Of a stretch of 64,000 nt of DNA, positions 27,395 through 38,010 are shown one piece after another. Where the stretch lies: the NCBI GenBank assembly GCA_035379625.1, contig DAOSVM010000006.1, forward strand, positions 11,485-75,484, written 5' to 3'. Origin of the DNA: Ignavibacteriales bacterium. Its GTDB lineage: Bacteria > Bacteroidota > Ignavibacteria > Ignavibacteriales > DAOSCP01. Under the pieces are notes generated by a model, which saw only the letters and a program-made list of their open reading frames with translations, was not told where the DNA came from and did not search any database. The number at the start of each line of letters is the position of its first letter. Positions within the stretch are counted from its first letter, which is position 1. A program made the translations under genes and the position numbers.

Positions 27395-29011
27395 ATGATA
27401 AAAGATGAAATATTAAAAAAAATAGGTATAATAATCAATATTTTGAAATATTATGATGAAAATAAATTCAAAATTTTAGCTTATGAGAAAGTTATTGATA
27501 TTATTGAAAAAATTAATGAAAATGAATTGATTTCGTTACTTCAAGAGAAAAGAATAACAGAAGTTGAAGGAATTGGAAAGGGTATTAGTGAAGTTTTATA
27601 TGAAATTTATGAAAATGGCAATGCAAAAATAATTAATGAATTTGTAGAAAATTATGGCGAGGAATTTTTAGATTTGTTTAAGATTAAAGGTTTAGGCGTA
27701 AAAAATATAAAAAAACTTTTTGATTTGTATGGTGTTAATTCATTTGATAAGTTGGATGAATTGTTGGCAAGTGGTGTAAAATTAAAAGAACCTAAATTGA
27801 AAGAAAGTTTAATAAAGAATATAAGAGAACAAATTCCATTTTTGAAAGAAAGTAAGTATAAGTATATATATCCAATAGCCTTGCGAAAAGCTGAGAGGAT
27901 GAAAAAAGTATTAGAAGAAATAGAGGGCGTTGAAATAGTAGAGTTTACGGGTGAAATAGAACGATACGCAGAAGTAGTAAATTTTATAGAGATGGTAGTG
28001 TTATGTAATGGGGATTTATTTAATGAATTGGTGAAAAATTTTGGAAATGTAGAACAAAGAAAAATAAAATTATTTGATTTAGAGCTTGATATCTATCTAA
28101 TTTATTATGATGGGGCACATTATAAGTTATACCACGTTTACGGAAAAAATGATTTAGGGAAAGTTATCAAGTTGACGCGGGCAACGCTTATACTGTCCGA
28201 GCCAATAAAAGATTTAAAAATATTTGAAAAATTTATACCAGAGATGTGGGAAATTGAGAATATAGGGAAAGAGGTTGAAAATGAAAAAATAGTAAAGTAT
28301 GAAGATATTGTTAGTGTTTTGCATTTTCATACGAATTGGAGTGATGGTAGTAATACATTGGAAGAGATGTTTGATGGGATAGAAAAGAGTAAATTTGAGA
28401 TTGCTGGGGTGTGCGATCACAGTAAATCGTCGTTTTGGGCTAACGGATTGAGTGAGGAGGAGGTTTTACAGCAGCATAAAGTTATTGAAGAGTTGCAAAA
28501 AAAGTATAGGATTAAGTTATTAAAAGGCATAGAGTGCGATATACATAAAGATGGTAGTTTGGATTATGGAGATGGTTTTTTGAAAGAGTTTGATTTTGTG
28601 GTAGCTGCTATTCATCAATTTACAGATGATGATGAGGAATTTTATACAAAGAGGATGATAAAAGCAATTGAGAATCAATATGTTAATATAATAGCTCATC
28701 CAACAGGTCGACTATTACTAACAAGGCTGCCGTATCCGATAGATATTTATAAGGTTATAGATGCTTGTGCAAGTAATAATGTAGCAATTGAAATAAACTC
28801 TACTCCATCTAGAATGGATTTAAGTTGGAAGTATTTGGATTATGCGATGAATAGAGGGGCGAGATTTGCTATTAATCCTGATGCGCATTCGACACAGGAA
28901 ATTTTTAATATTGAATATGGTGTTAAATCTGCAAGAAAGGCAGGTGTTTATAAAGAATATGTTATAAATACATATAAATTGGATGAGTTGTTAAGGTGGT
29001 TTAATAAGTAA
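27395..29011 (+). CDS. PolX-like protein (HhH/pol-beta-like N-terminal region + C-terminal PHP phosphoesterase domain)
   Basis: 538 aa. Has ..VEGIGKGISE.. and ..IKGLGVKNIKKL.. HhH motifs, and a PHP domain from ..LHFHTNWSDGS... The middle (28186-28206) contains a sequence resembling the repeat-element terminus. Confidence 0.65.
   Translation: MIKDEILKKIGIIINILKYYDENKFKILAYEKVIDIIEKINENELISLLQEKRITEVEGIGKGISEVLYEIYENGNAKIINEFVENYGEEFLDLFKIKGLGVKNIKKLFDLYGVNSFDKLDELLASGVKLKEPKLKESLIKNIREQIPFLKESKYKYIYPIALRKAERMKKVLEEIEGVEIVEFTGEIERYAEVVNFIEMVVLCNGDLFNELVKNFGNVEQRKIKLFDLELDIYLIYYDGAHYKLYHVYGKNDLGKVIKLTRATLILSEPIKDLKIFEKFIPEMWEIENIGKEVENEKIVKYEDIVSVLHFHTNWSDGSNTLEEMFDGIEKSKFEIAGVCDHSKSSFWANGLSEEEVLQQHKVIEELQKKYRIKLLKGIECDIHKDGSLDYGDGFLKEFDFVVAAIHQFTDDDEEFYTKRMIKAIENQYVNIIAHPTGRLLLTRLPYPIDIYKVIDACASNNVAIEINSTPSRMDLSWKYLDYAMNRGARFAINPDAHSTQEIFNIEYGVKSARKAGVYKEYVINTYKLDELLRWFNK
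28186..28206 (+). repeat. Solo TIR-like remnant of the repeat element inside the PolX-like ORF
   Basis: cgcttatactgtccgagccaat (28185-28206) versus the copy-5 terminus agcttacactgtccgagctaat gives 19/22 identities, same polarity as a right end. It is preceded by a GC-rich mini-palindrome gcgggcaacgc. Confidence 0.5.
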
Positions 29012-29069
29012 ATTTGGAATACAAAAAAAATATAATTAATTTTAATGTTCTATAATCAAATTTTAAGTT

Positions 29070-30038
29070 ATGGGAAATATATTAATCGAAATTCAAGATA
29101 AGTTAGTTGAAGAATATAAAAATTTCGATAAGCAAATCAAAAAGGATATAAGCAGTAATGTTTTTTTGGTTGAGCTTATAACAAGATATCTTTTGCATAC
29201 AAAAGGGAAACAGATAAGGCCGTTATTGGTGATGTTATCGGCGAAGATTTGTGGTGGTGTTAATGAGAGGACTTATAGGGGTGCATCATTAGTAGAGATA
29301 TTGCATACTGCAACTCTTGTTCACGATGATGTAGTTGATGGTGCAGATTTGAGAAGAGGTTATCCATCGCTTTATAGGATATGGAGAAGTAAAGTAGCTG
29401 TTTTGATGGGTGATTATTTGCTTTCGAAGGGTTTGTTGGTTGCGGTTGATAATAAAGATTATGATTTTTTACAATCTATTACGCACACTGTAAGAAGGAT
29501 GTCGGAAGGTGAATTATTGCAGATAGGGAAGGCGAAAAAGCTCGATCTTGACATTGATACATATTATAAAATAATATCAGATAAAACTGCATCGTTAATT
29601 TCTACTTGTTGTGAAATTGGAGCGATGAGCAGTACTAATAATGAAGAAATACAAAAAAAGTTGAAGGAAATAGGAGAAAATATAGGGATTGCATTTCAGA
29701 TAAAGGATGATATATTGGATTTTGTAGGAAGTAAATCAGGTAAGAATAAAGGGGCGGATTTAAAGGAAAAGAAATTTACATTGCCATTATTATATGCTTT
29801 AACTAAAGCTGAAAAAGATGAAGCCAAAAAGATAAAATATTTAATTAATAAGAAGAATATTGATTCTTTTGATACAACTTTGGATTTTATAAATAAGTAT
29901 CAAGGTTTAGAATACGCACAGAATAAAGCTAATGAATATGCTGAAAGGGCTAAGAAAATGATTTTTGAAGTTTCAACAAATGAATATGCTGAGTTATTTG
30001 CAAAGTTAATAGATTTTATAGTAACAAGAAATAAATAA
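29070..30038 (+). CDS. Polyprenyl diphosphate synthase (IspB-like)
   Basis: 322 aa. First DDxxD region ..LVHDDVVDGADLRRG.., second ..FQIKDDILD.. Confidence 0.88.
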   Translation: MGNILIEIQDKLVEEYKNFDKQIKKDISSNVFLVELITRYLLHTKGKQIRPLLVMLSAKICGGVNERTYRGASLVEILHTATLVHDDVVDGADLRRGYPSLYRIWRSKVAVLMGDYLLSKGLLVAVDNKDYDFLQSITHTVRRMSEGELLQIGKAKKLDLDIDTYYKIISDKTASLISTCCEIGAMSSTNNEEIQKKLKEIGENIGIAFQIKDDILDFVGSKSGKNKGADLKEKKFTLPLLYALTKAEKDEAKKIKYLINKKNIDSFDTTLDFINKYQGLEYAQNKANEYAERAKKMIFEVSTNEYAELFAKLIDFIVTRNK

Positions 30039-30781
30039 TGCAAACTACAATTAAATGTAGAATTTGTGGTTATGATAACCAATTCTACAGTTTAAAATGC
30101 AATAAATGTAATAATTACCTGCGAGAAAAAGTTCCGAATATTGATTTTTGGTCTACTCTTTGGGGCTTAATTATTGAGCCTAGTGAAACTTTTCAAAAAA
30201 TTATTTTTGCAGAGCATAAAAATTTTAGTTTATTGTTTAATATATTGTTTTGCTTAAAGATATTTGTCTTATCAATAATTTTTTCGAATTTTTTTATAAA
30301 GCCTACCAATCATTTCGAGTTTAGTTTTATAGAATACAATTTATTGTTTTTATTATTTTTAACAATTCTATTTGTTAATATTATTATATTATCGATATAT
30401 TCTGTCAATCGATATATATTAAAAAGGGCTAATTTGCAATTAAGATTTAGAGATCATTTTGCAATATCATATTTCGCTAATTTTCCAATAATTGTAGGCA
30501 TGGTAATATTATTACCAATAGAAGTATCTACATTAGGTTCTACCATGTTTTATTGGTATCCAAATCCTTATTTTTACAAACCAATTATTACAATTGTATT
30601 CATTGCTCTTGAAGTTTTTTTTTATTTTTATAATTTGATACACAATTATATTGGTTATAAAATATTATTTAAAAATAGAAAGATTGTAATAATTAATATT
30701 GTTGTATTACAAATTTTATATACAATCTATATATTGTTTGGGAATAGTATAATAATAACAATTTATAAAAATTTTAGGTAA
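30038..30781 (+). CDS. Membrane protein with N-terminal zinc-ribbon (Yip1-like?)
   Basis: 247 aa. CRICGYDN..CNKCNNY zinc ribbon followed by about 5 hydrophobic helices. Confidence 0.35.
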   Translation: MQTTIKCRICGYDNQFYSLKCNKCNNYLREKVPNIDFWSTLWGLIIEPSETFQKIIFAEHKNFSLLFNILFCLKIFVLSIIFSNFFIKPTNHFEFSFIEYNLLFLLFLTILFVNIIILSIYSVNRYILKRANLQLRFRDHFAISYFANFPIIVGMVILLPIEVSTLGSTMFYWYPNPYFYKPIITIVFIALEVFFYFYNLIHNYIGYKILFKNRKIVIINIVVLQILYTIYILFGNSIIITIYKNFR

Positions 30782-30786
30782 CCAAA

Positions 30787-32403
30787 ATGATAAAAAAAAC
30801 GGATGTATTAGTAATAGGTTCAGGAATTGCGGGATTATTTGCAGCATTAAAATGTGCGAATTTTGCACAGGTTACAATAGTTACAAAAAAACAAATGACA
30901 GAATCGAATACAAATTATGCACAAGGTGGAATAGCAGGTGTGATGGATCCGAAGGATAGTTATGAAAAACATATTGAGGATACAATTATAGCAGGAGCGA
31001 ATTTAGGTAACAGAAAAATGATTGAGATATTAGTAAAAGAAGGCCCAGATAGGATAAAAGAATTAATGGAGCTTGGGGCTCGTTTTACAAAAAAGGATGG
31101 TAAATTGGATTTGGCAAGAGAAAGTGGTCATTCGATGAATAGGATTGTGCATGCAGATGATTTAACAGGAGCAGAGGTGGAAAGAGCATTAATGGAAAAT
31201 GTTTTGGCGCATCCAAATATCGAATTGTATGAAAATCATTTTACAATAGATTTGATAACAGAGCATAATATAAAAGAAAAGAGGAATGCTCCTATAGAAA
31301 ACAGGAATTGTTGGGGGGCATACGTTCTTGATGCGACGAAAAATCAAGTGATAACAATTTTGTCTAAGGTAACAATATTGGCTTCTGGTGGTGCAGGGCA
31401 AGTTTATCAGCATACAACAAATCCCAGAATTGCAACTGGTGATGGTTTTGCTATGGCCTACAGAGCAGGTGCAAAAATTGGGAATATGGAATTTATTCAG
31501 TTTCATCCAACAGCTTTCTATTCTCCAATAAAGGAGTCGATATTTTCTAATGCTTTTTTAATTTCTGAAGCAGTAAGAGGGTTTGGAGCAAAGTTGATAA
31601 ATCAAAGTGGCGAAGAATTTATGTATAAATATGATGATAGAAAAGAATTAGCGCCACGGGATATTGTAGCAAGAGCAATTGATAGTGAATTGAAAAGAAC
31701 GGGGGATAATTGTGTTTATTTGAGTCTTGCGCATAAAAACAAAGATGAAATAATTGAACATTTCCCAAATATATATCAAAGCTGTTTACAAAAAGGTGTT
31801 GATATTACAAAAGATTTAATACCGGTAGTTCCAGCAGCACATTATACCTGTGGCGGGGTAGTTGTTGATGAAAATAGTAAAACATCGTTGGAAAATTTAT
31901 ATGCTTGTGGTGAAGTTTCTATGACTGGTGTACACGGAGCAAATAGATTGGCGTCAAATTCATTGCTTGAAGCGATAGTTTTTTCTCATAGAGCAGCTTT
32001 GGATATAAGAGACAAGATAAAGAATAAAACAATTTGTAAGGATGATGTTCCAGCCTGGGATGAATCGGAAACGATTAGTGCAGATGAAAAGGTATTAGTA
32101 ACACATTCGATTAATGAAGTTAAGCAAGTTATGTGGGATTATGTAGGAATAGTGAGATCTAATTTAAGGTTAGAAAGAGCATTTACAAGAATACATAATT
32201 TATATGTAGAAAATGAAGAGTTGTATAAAAAGACAAAAATATTTGAAGAGTTGTTGGAGTTAAGGAATTTAACAGCAGTTGCTCATATGATTATCAAATG
32301 TGCAAGGATGAGAAAGGAAAGTAGAGGTTTACATTATAATATAGATTATGGTAAAGAGATATTAGAACCAAAGGATACAATAATAGTAAACAGGAATTAT
32401 TAA
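30787..32403 (+). CDS. nadB: L-aspartate oxidase
   Basis: 538 aa with ..DVLVIGSGIAGL.., ..AQGGIA.. and ..HYTCGGV.. FAD flavoprotein motifs of the NadB/fumarate reductase family. Confidence 0.9.
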   Translation: MIKKTDVLVIGSGIAGLFAALKCANFAQVTIVTKKQMTESNTNYAQGGIAGVMDPKDSYEKHIEDTIIAGANLGNRKMIEILVKEGPDRIKELMELGARFTKKDGKLDLARESGHSMNRIVHADDLTGAEVERALMENVLAHPNIELYENHFTIDLITEHNIKEKRNAPIENRNCWGAYVLDATKNQVITILSKVTILASGGAGQVYQHTTNPRIATGDGFAMAYRAGAKIGNMEFIQFHPTAFYSPIKESIFSNAFLISEAVRGFGAKLINQSGEEFMYKYDDRKELAPRDIVARAIDSELKRTGDNCVYLSLAHKNKDEIIEHFPNIYQSCLQKGVDITKDLIPVVPAAHYTCGGVVVDENSKTSLENLYACGEVSMTGVHGANRLASNSLLEAIVFSHRAALDIRDKIKNKTICKDDVPAWDESETISADEKVLVTHSINEVKQVMWDYVGIVRSNLRLERAFTRIHNLYVENEELYKKTKIFEELLELRNLTAVAHMIIKCARMRKESRGLHYNIDYGKEILEPKDTIIVNRNY

Positions 32404-32491
32404 TAATTTTGTAAAAAATCAAAAAAAAATTTTTTTATTAAAAAATTAATATTAATTTAATAGCCCAAATTAGTAACAATAGGTGAAAACT

Positions 32492-35400
32492 ATGAAAATT
32501 TTATTCCGTACAGTTATTTTACTTCTTGTGAGTAAGATGCTTTTTGCACAAACGTATACCATAACTGGAAAAGTTACATCAATTGAAGAAGATATGCCTT
32601 TACAGGCAGCAAATGTTCAATTGGTAAAAACAAGATTTGGTGATGCAACAGATGCAAAAGGTGTTTATAAAATTGTCAATGTACCTGCCGGGAAATATAC
32701 TATTAAAGTTAGTATAGTGGGCTATAAACCAGTAACAAAGGAAATAGAAGTTAGAGGAAATATTAAAGATTTAAATTTTGAGTTAGAAACAACATCTATA
32801 GTAACAAAAGAGGCGGTAGTTGAGGCATCAAGAGCAAAGGAAAGAGAAACTCCAGTATCCTTTACAAATATTGGTAAAGAGCAATTAGATGAAAAGCAAG
32901 CTGGGCAGGATGCACCGCTTTTAATAAAAGGTACGGCTGGGGTATTTGCCACACCAACCGATGGTTCCGGTAACGGTGAATCACAAGTATATTTGAGAGG
33001 TTTCTCGCAAGAGTATGTACAAGTTATGGTAAACGGTATTCCAACTAATGATCCAGAATCAAATAAAGTATATTGGTCAAACTGGGGGTCTGTATCATCA
33101 AACGTATCAAATATACAAGTACAAAGAGGTGCAGGTTCATCGATGTATGGTTCTGGTTCCTTTGGGGGATCCTTTAATATGGTTACAGATGAAGCTGATG
33201 CAAAATTACAATTGAGAGGGCAAGTTAACGTAGGGTCAAACTATAACCAACTTTATGCTATAAGATTTAACTCGGGCTTATTATTTGATGATAAGTTCGC
33301 ATTTAAATTAAATTTACGTCGTAAGATGAGTGAAGGAGCTAGAAGAGCAGCAAGATTTGAAAGTTATGATTATTATTTTACATCGTCTTATTTCCCTGAT
33401 GAAAATCATCAATTAAAATTAACTTTAAGTGGAGCACCACAAAGACACGGATATTCTTATAGTAATCATGTTGCATATTTTAAACAATTTGGTATGGATG
33501 CTAACTCAGCAGGGTATTTACCCAAAAGTTTAGTGAATCAATTAAAAGGCGTTAAAAATCCAAGCAATGGTAAAGAAGCATTTGGTTTATTAGATGATAC
33601 AAGAGAGATAGTAAGTGATGATTATGTAAATCTTGCGTATAATTTTTATCACAAACCACAAATTGAGTTAAGCTATAACTGGGAAATACAACCTAATGTT
33701 TCATCTTTATCATTAACATCATTTTATTCTTTAGGTCGTGGGGCTGGGGTAAGTTTAACAAAGGCTGGAAGAGTATTCGATATGAGTGTATATAACAAAT
33801 TATATCCAGCTTTGCCAGGTTATACAAATTATTATGTTCCTATGACTGGTATAATTGGTAAATCATATGCTGATGCAAATACTCAACCAGGTTGGTTTTA
33901 CAATGATAAAGGCTATATTGATGATTCAACAATTGCAAGATATTATTTGAAAGGTGCATATCAATCAGCATCGTATTCCTTCCATCAACAAATGGGTGTT
34001 ATTTTATCATTTAACAGAAAATTTTCTGATATTTTTGTAGATAATTTACATTTGAATTTGAATTTTGGTGCTGAATATAGATATTGGAAAGCAGATCATC
34101 CAGGACATTATGCAAATGTATTTGCTGATAGCGTAACTAATGGATATCCATTTATTCAATATCCTGGTTCAACTACTAAACAATATTTATACCAACAATA
34201 TATGTTTGTCGATCAGAATGGAAATATTGTAAAGGATGCAAATGGAAGTGTTGTAAGATTTAATAGATATGTAAAGCAAGGAGATTTAAAACATCCTTCC
34301 AATGATTTAGGAAATATTTTTGAATGGGATTTAGCTGGTAGTAGCGATAGAACTTATGTAACACAATATAGAAATTATGTTGGTAAAGTGCCACAATATA
34401 CATTATTTGTACAAGGTAACTGGCTTTATGAAAAGTTTAACATTATGACTTCTGTACAATATGTGCATTATGATTATACTTTAGAAGAAAATATGCCAAG
34501 TGAAAATGGGACAGGAAAACAGTTGCATGATTCAACAGCAAATAAATTAGGTTTACCTAATGCTGCTGATCCTACATCAAATACAACAGTTGCTAACTAT
34601 GAAGGTAGATACGGTAATAAATTTTATATGTTAGGACAAAATGGAACTGCATGGAATTGGTATGAATTCAATTTAGTTAATGCAACACGTTCAAGAGGTT
34701 TCTGGCAACCAAAATTTGGTATTAACTACAACGTTACAAAAAATTTCAACGTATTTGCCAATTTTGCTCACACCGAAAGAAGAGTGGATTTAGGAGTTTA
34801 TTATAATCAAGGTATTTTACAACCACAAGCAAAAGATGAAAAATCTAACCAATATGAATTAAGTTTTGGTTGGAAAGATAAATTTCAAAACTTAAAATTA
34901 AATACATTCTATATTACATGGGATAATAAGTCAGCAAGAATCAGGGACGTATCACGAGCTGGCGAACCGGGATTTGATAGAGACGGTAATAGAACAGAAC
35001 TTATTGGTACATCAAGAAATATGGGTATAGAATTCGAAGGTGAATGGAAATTAGATAAAATAACTAAAGAATTAAAAGGTTTCAGATTATCAAGCTCATT
35101 TACATATATGGATAACAGATGGATAAAAATTCTTGATGAAGCAAAATATTTAAGAAATGCTGATGGTAGCATTAGAGAAGTAAGAGTATTTAATAGTGAT
35201 GCATATATGGCTGATGGTTCAAAAGGTGTTGTTTATTTTAAAGATTTAAAAGATAAGCATACAGCAAGTGGGCCACAAACTATTTTTAATATTACATTAT
35301 CTTATAAATATCAAGGATTTTCTGCTAATTTTTCAGGTCATTATTTCGCAAGAAATTACTTCCTTGATGGTGAAGGTTATTTACCTGTTGATGGTTATTG

Positions 35401-35662
35401 GTATGATGGTTATTATGTATATAATGGCCAGCTCAAACAAGGAAAAATTTTCAAAGCTACAATTAAAAATACTTTACCAGAAGTTATGACATTTGATTTA
35501 GGTTTAGGTTATTACACAAAAATTGCTAATGATTATTTTGTTTCATTAAGATTAAACATTGATAATATTTTTGATAAAGAATATTTTACATCTGCTGATA
35601 GATTTGGTGTAATACCAGGTCAACCAAGAACATTCAGATTTAATGTAAGCTTTGGAATTTAA
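32492..35662 (+). CDS. TonB-dependent receptor (carboxypeptidase-regulatory-like N-domain)
   Basis: About 1056 aa from ATG 32492. Signal peptide, ..TITGKVTS..PLQAANV.., plug (..VQVMVNGIPTND..) and a long barrel. Confidence 0.8.
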   Translation: MKILFRTVILLLVSKMLFAQTYTITGKVTSIEEDMPLQAANVQLVKTRFGDATDAKGVYKIVNVPAGKYTIKVSIVGYKPVTKEIEVRGNIKDLNFELETTSIVTKEAVVEASRAKERETPVSFTNIGKEQLDEKQAGQDAPLLIKGTAGVFATPTDGSGNGESQVYLRGFSQEYVQVMVNGIPTNDPESNKVYWSNWGSVSSNVSNIQVQRGAGSSMYGSGSFGGSFNMVTDEADAKLQLRGQVNVGSNYNQLYAIRFNSGLLFDDKFAFKLNLRRKMSEGARRAARFESYDYYFTSSYFPDENHQLKLTLSGAPQRHGYSYSNHVAYFKQFGMDANSAGYLPKSLVNQLKGVKNPSNGKEAFGLLDDTREIVSDDYVNLAYNFYHKPQIELSYNWEIQPNVSSLSLTSFYSLGRGAGVSLTKAGRVFDMSVYNKLYPALPGYTNYYVPMTGIIGKSYADANTQPGWFYNDKGYIDDSTIARYYLKGAYQSASYSFHQQMGVILSFNRKFSDIFVDNLHLNLNFGAEYRYWKADHPGHYANVFADSVTNGYPFIQYPGSTTKQYLYQQYMFVDQNGNIVKDANGSVVRFNRYVKQGDLKHPSNDLGNIFEWDLAGSSDRTYVTQYRNYVGKVPQYTLFVQGNWLYEKFNIMTSVQYVHYDYTLEENMPSENGTGKQLHDSTANKLGLPNAADPTSNTTVANYEGRYGNKFYMLGQNGTAWNWYEFNLVNATRSRGFWQPKFGINYNVTKNFNVFANFAHTERRVDLGVYYNQGILQPQAKDEKSNQYELSFGWKDKFQNLKLNTFYITWDNKSARIRDVSRAGEPGFDRDGNRTELIGTSRNMGIEFEGEWKLDKITKELKGFRLSSSFTYMDNRWIKILDEAKYLRNADGSIREVRVFNSDAYMADGSKGVVYFKDLKDKHTASGPQTIFNITLSYKYQGFSANFSGHYFARNYFLDGEGYLPVDGYWYDGYYVYNGQLKQGKIFKATIKNTLPEVMTFDLGLGYYTKIANDYFVSLRLNIDNIFDKEYFTSADRFGVIPGQPRTFRFNVSFGI

Positions 35663-35681
35663 TAATTATTTAATATACAAG

Positions 35682-35708
35682 ACGCCCTTTTTAAGGGCGT
35701 TTTTTTTT
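35682..35708 (+). terminator. Rho-independent terminator
   Basis: acgccctt-ttt-aagggcgt followed by T8. Confidence 0.8.
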
Positions 35709-35783
35709 ATTCTTATTTGATTTTGATAAAATTTGTATTAACTTATTATGGTTATTTTAGGAATTAAAATATTGAGGTTGAGC

Positions 35784-37433
35784 ATGAAAAAATATTTATT
35801 TCTAATACTGTGTTTAACAATGATAATAGCTGCTCAGGAAGGCAGGTATTATAGAAAAACTATTACTTCATTAGGTGGAGTTTTATTTGCTTCTAAACCT
35901 AATGATGAAATTGCAGCAATGATTAATAACAGAATTAAACAGCATATTCATATTGAAAGGTTTGATTACTTAGTTTTAAGTAACGAATACTTAAAAGATT
36001 TTTATTCAACTGTAAATAAAACAAATTTTACGCCGGATGAAATAATAAAAGCACTTGAAAACACTGTACTTAGTGAACTAAAATTAAAACTTGATGAAGT
36101 AAAGGAAATAAGAGCAGCTGCAAATCTAACTGAAGAGCAAAAAGCCCGTGCTATAGTTGATAAAATGAAACAATCAGGAATTGATGAAAAAGATATTTTA
36201 GCCGTTTATAATGCTTCATATTTATATTTACCTGTGATCTTAAGCTTCGATGAAAAGGAAAAAGATAACAATTATACATTTACTATTACAGGTTTTATTC
36301 TTTGGTTTAAAGTTAATACTAAAGATGCTAATAATTTTTCAATAACATTAGTTAATAAAACTCCAATAGCACAAATGGGAATGGAGACGGCTGAACCAAA
36401 TAACACATATCCTATAAAAAATAGGAGTATTGATGGTAAAACTTATGCAAAACTAATGGCTTGTAATACATTAGTTAGAAACTGGGCGGTTGATATGAAA
36501 AAAATTCCAGAATTTTCATTAGCTGGCCAAATAGTTAATGTTGACAAACAAATAGAGGCTAATATAGGTACAAAAGAAGGTGTAGGATTGGATGATGGTT
36601 ATACAGTTTTAGATTATTTTGAAAACGATAATGGTGAAATTGTTAAAAAAGAAGTTGGATTTGTAAGAGCAAATAAAATTGGTGATAATACAAAGGAAGG
36701 TTATAATCCTACCTACTTTAAACCATATATTGGTAAAAATTTTGAAAGAGGCCAATATTTGAGCGAAAGGCCTAATTTAGGTATTGATGTAGGGTTTAGG
36801 CTAAAGTGGGCTGGATTAAATATTTCATCTCAAGATTTTCCTTTTTTGAAAGATGATGTAAAGGGGAGTTTTGGTGCAGATATTTTATTTTCATATAATT
36901 TAGCAAAAAAGACTGGAATTAGCCAATTTTTTGTAAATTTGGAAGCTTATGCTGGCCTTTTAGCAGCTGATGTGAAAAATGATGCTTTATATTCGAATTC
37001 TGATATTAGCAATTTTTATACTTATTCAATTTATCTTTCATTTTCAAAGAAATTTTGGATGGGTAGAAATAACTTAGAACTTGGTGCAGGCTATGGATAC
37101 AATGCAGTATCTTTCAAATATAGCTACGATTATCTACTCATTTCCAATGAATATGAATATGATTTTAAAGCATTAGGATTAAAGTTTGATGTTTCATATA
37201 ATTATTTAGTAAATCCAGAATTACAAATTGGTCTATATGCAGGTTATAAACTAACAACAAATATTACAGAAGCTGATATAAAAGATAAAGACGGCAATAA
37301 ATCTACTTTTGCAATTCACGATTCACATACAAATTTTAAGGGATTAAGTTTTGGTCTACAATTGAATTATGCTGTACCGACATTGCCAATCGATCCATTT
37401 TCAGTTATGACAGCGCAAGATATTAATTATTAA
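35784..37433 (+). CDS. Hypothetical outer-membrane protein (N-terminal soluble domain + C-terminal beta-barrel-like region)
   Basis: Likely start MKKYLFLILCLTMIIAAQ.. (35784). The C-terminal third has alternating amphipathic beta patterns. Confidence 0.45.
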   Translation: MKKYLFLILCLTMIIAAQEGRYYRKTITSLGGVLFASKPNDEIAAMINNRIKQHIHIERFDYLVLSNEYLKDFYSTVNKTNFTPDEIIKALENTVLSELKLKLDEVKEIRAAANLTEEQKARAIVDKMKQSGIDEKDILAVYNASYLYLPVILSFDEKEKDNNYTFTITGFILWFKVNTKDANNFSITLVNKTPIAQMGMETAEPNNTYPIKNRSIDGKTYAKLMACNTLVRNWAVDMKKIPEFSLAGQIVNVDKQIEANIGTKEGVGLDDGYTVLDYFENDNGEIVKKEVGFVRANKIGDNTKEGYNPTYFKPYIGKNFERGQYLSERPNLGIDVGFRLKWAGLNISSQDFPFLKDDVKGSFGADILFSYNLAKKTGISQFFVNLEAYAGLLAADVKNDALYSNSDISNFYTYSIYLSFSKKFWMGRNNLELGAGYGYNAVSFKYSYDYLLISNEYEYDFKALGLKFDVSYNYLVNPELQIGLYAGYKLTTNITEADIKDKDGNKSTFAIHDSHTNFKGLSFGLQLNYAVPTLPIDPFSVMTAQDINY

Positions 37434-37451
37434 GCTTATTTATAAATTAAG

Positions 37452-37483
37452 AGCAAGGAAGCTTTAGCGACCTTGCTTTTTTT
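37452..37483 (+). terminator. Rho-independent terminator
   Basis: agcaagg..(loop)..ccttgct followed by a T-run. Confidence 0.6.
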
Positions 37484-37502
37484 ATTTTAAAAGAATCATA
37501 AT

Positions 37503-37992
37503 TAGCTCGGACGGTATAAGCTTAGCCCCCGTGCGCACGCAGGCGCACGGGGGCAGCGGGCCGGAACGGCCCGCAAAAATGATAAATCTTACGAAGCCGC
37601 TGTGTAATATTATAAATTTATTAATTTGATGTGTTTTTTATATAATTGTATTGACGATTATATTGTAAAAACAATAATATAGTAAATGCGAATATATTTT
37701 TAAAAGTTGTAATAATATCGTATATGCAATTATATCGTAATAGCGAATATATTTTAAAAATTGTTTAAATATCGTAAATGCAAATATATTGTATATACGA
37801 ATATATTATAAGACTTTTGCATTTGCCAGTAATATTTAAAATTTTTCGAATATTTTAATATGGTAAATAATGTAAATGTTGTAAGTAGTTGATAATATTA
37901 TAGATAAGTAGGCATAATTGGAATAATTTTTGGCGTCAGCCTGCCCGTGCGCCTTCGTGCGCACGGGCTTTATGCTTACACTGTCTGAGCTA
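37503..37992 (-). mobile_element. Non-coding TIR-bounded repeat element, copy 3 (B end first on the + strand), 490 bp
   Basis: TA|GCTCGGACGGTATAAGCTTA ... TATGCTTACACTGTCTGAGC|TA. B-end hairpins at 37526-37553 and gcgggccg-gaa-cggcccgc; A-end hairpin cccgtgcgc..gcgcacggg at about 37945-37967. 17-bp array at about 37641-37805. Confidence 0.85.
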
Positions 37993-38010
37993 ATGGAGAT
38001 TTTTATTGCT

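Noticed and set aside
31189-31506. Antisense ORFs inside long genes (31189-31506, 52572-52889, 54114-54401, 62744-62944, 62960-63358 and similar)
   Set aside because: Each lies opposite a gene with strong family motifs (nadB, cydA, cydB, the sensor protein). They are low-complexity shadow ORFs.
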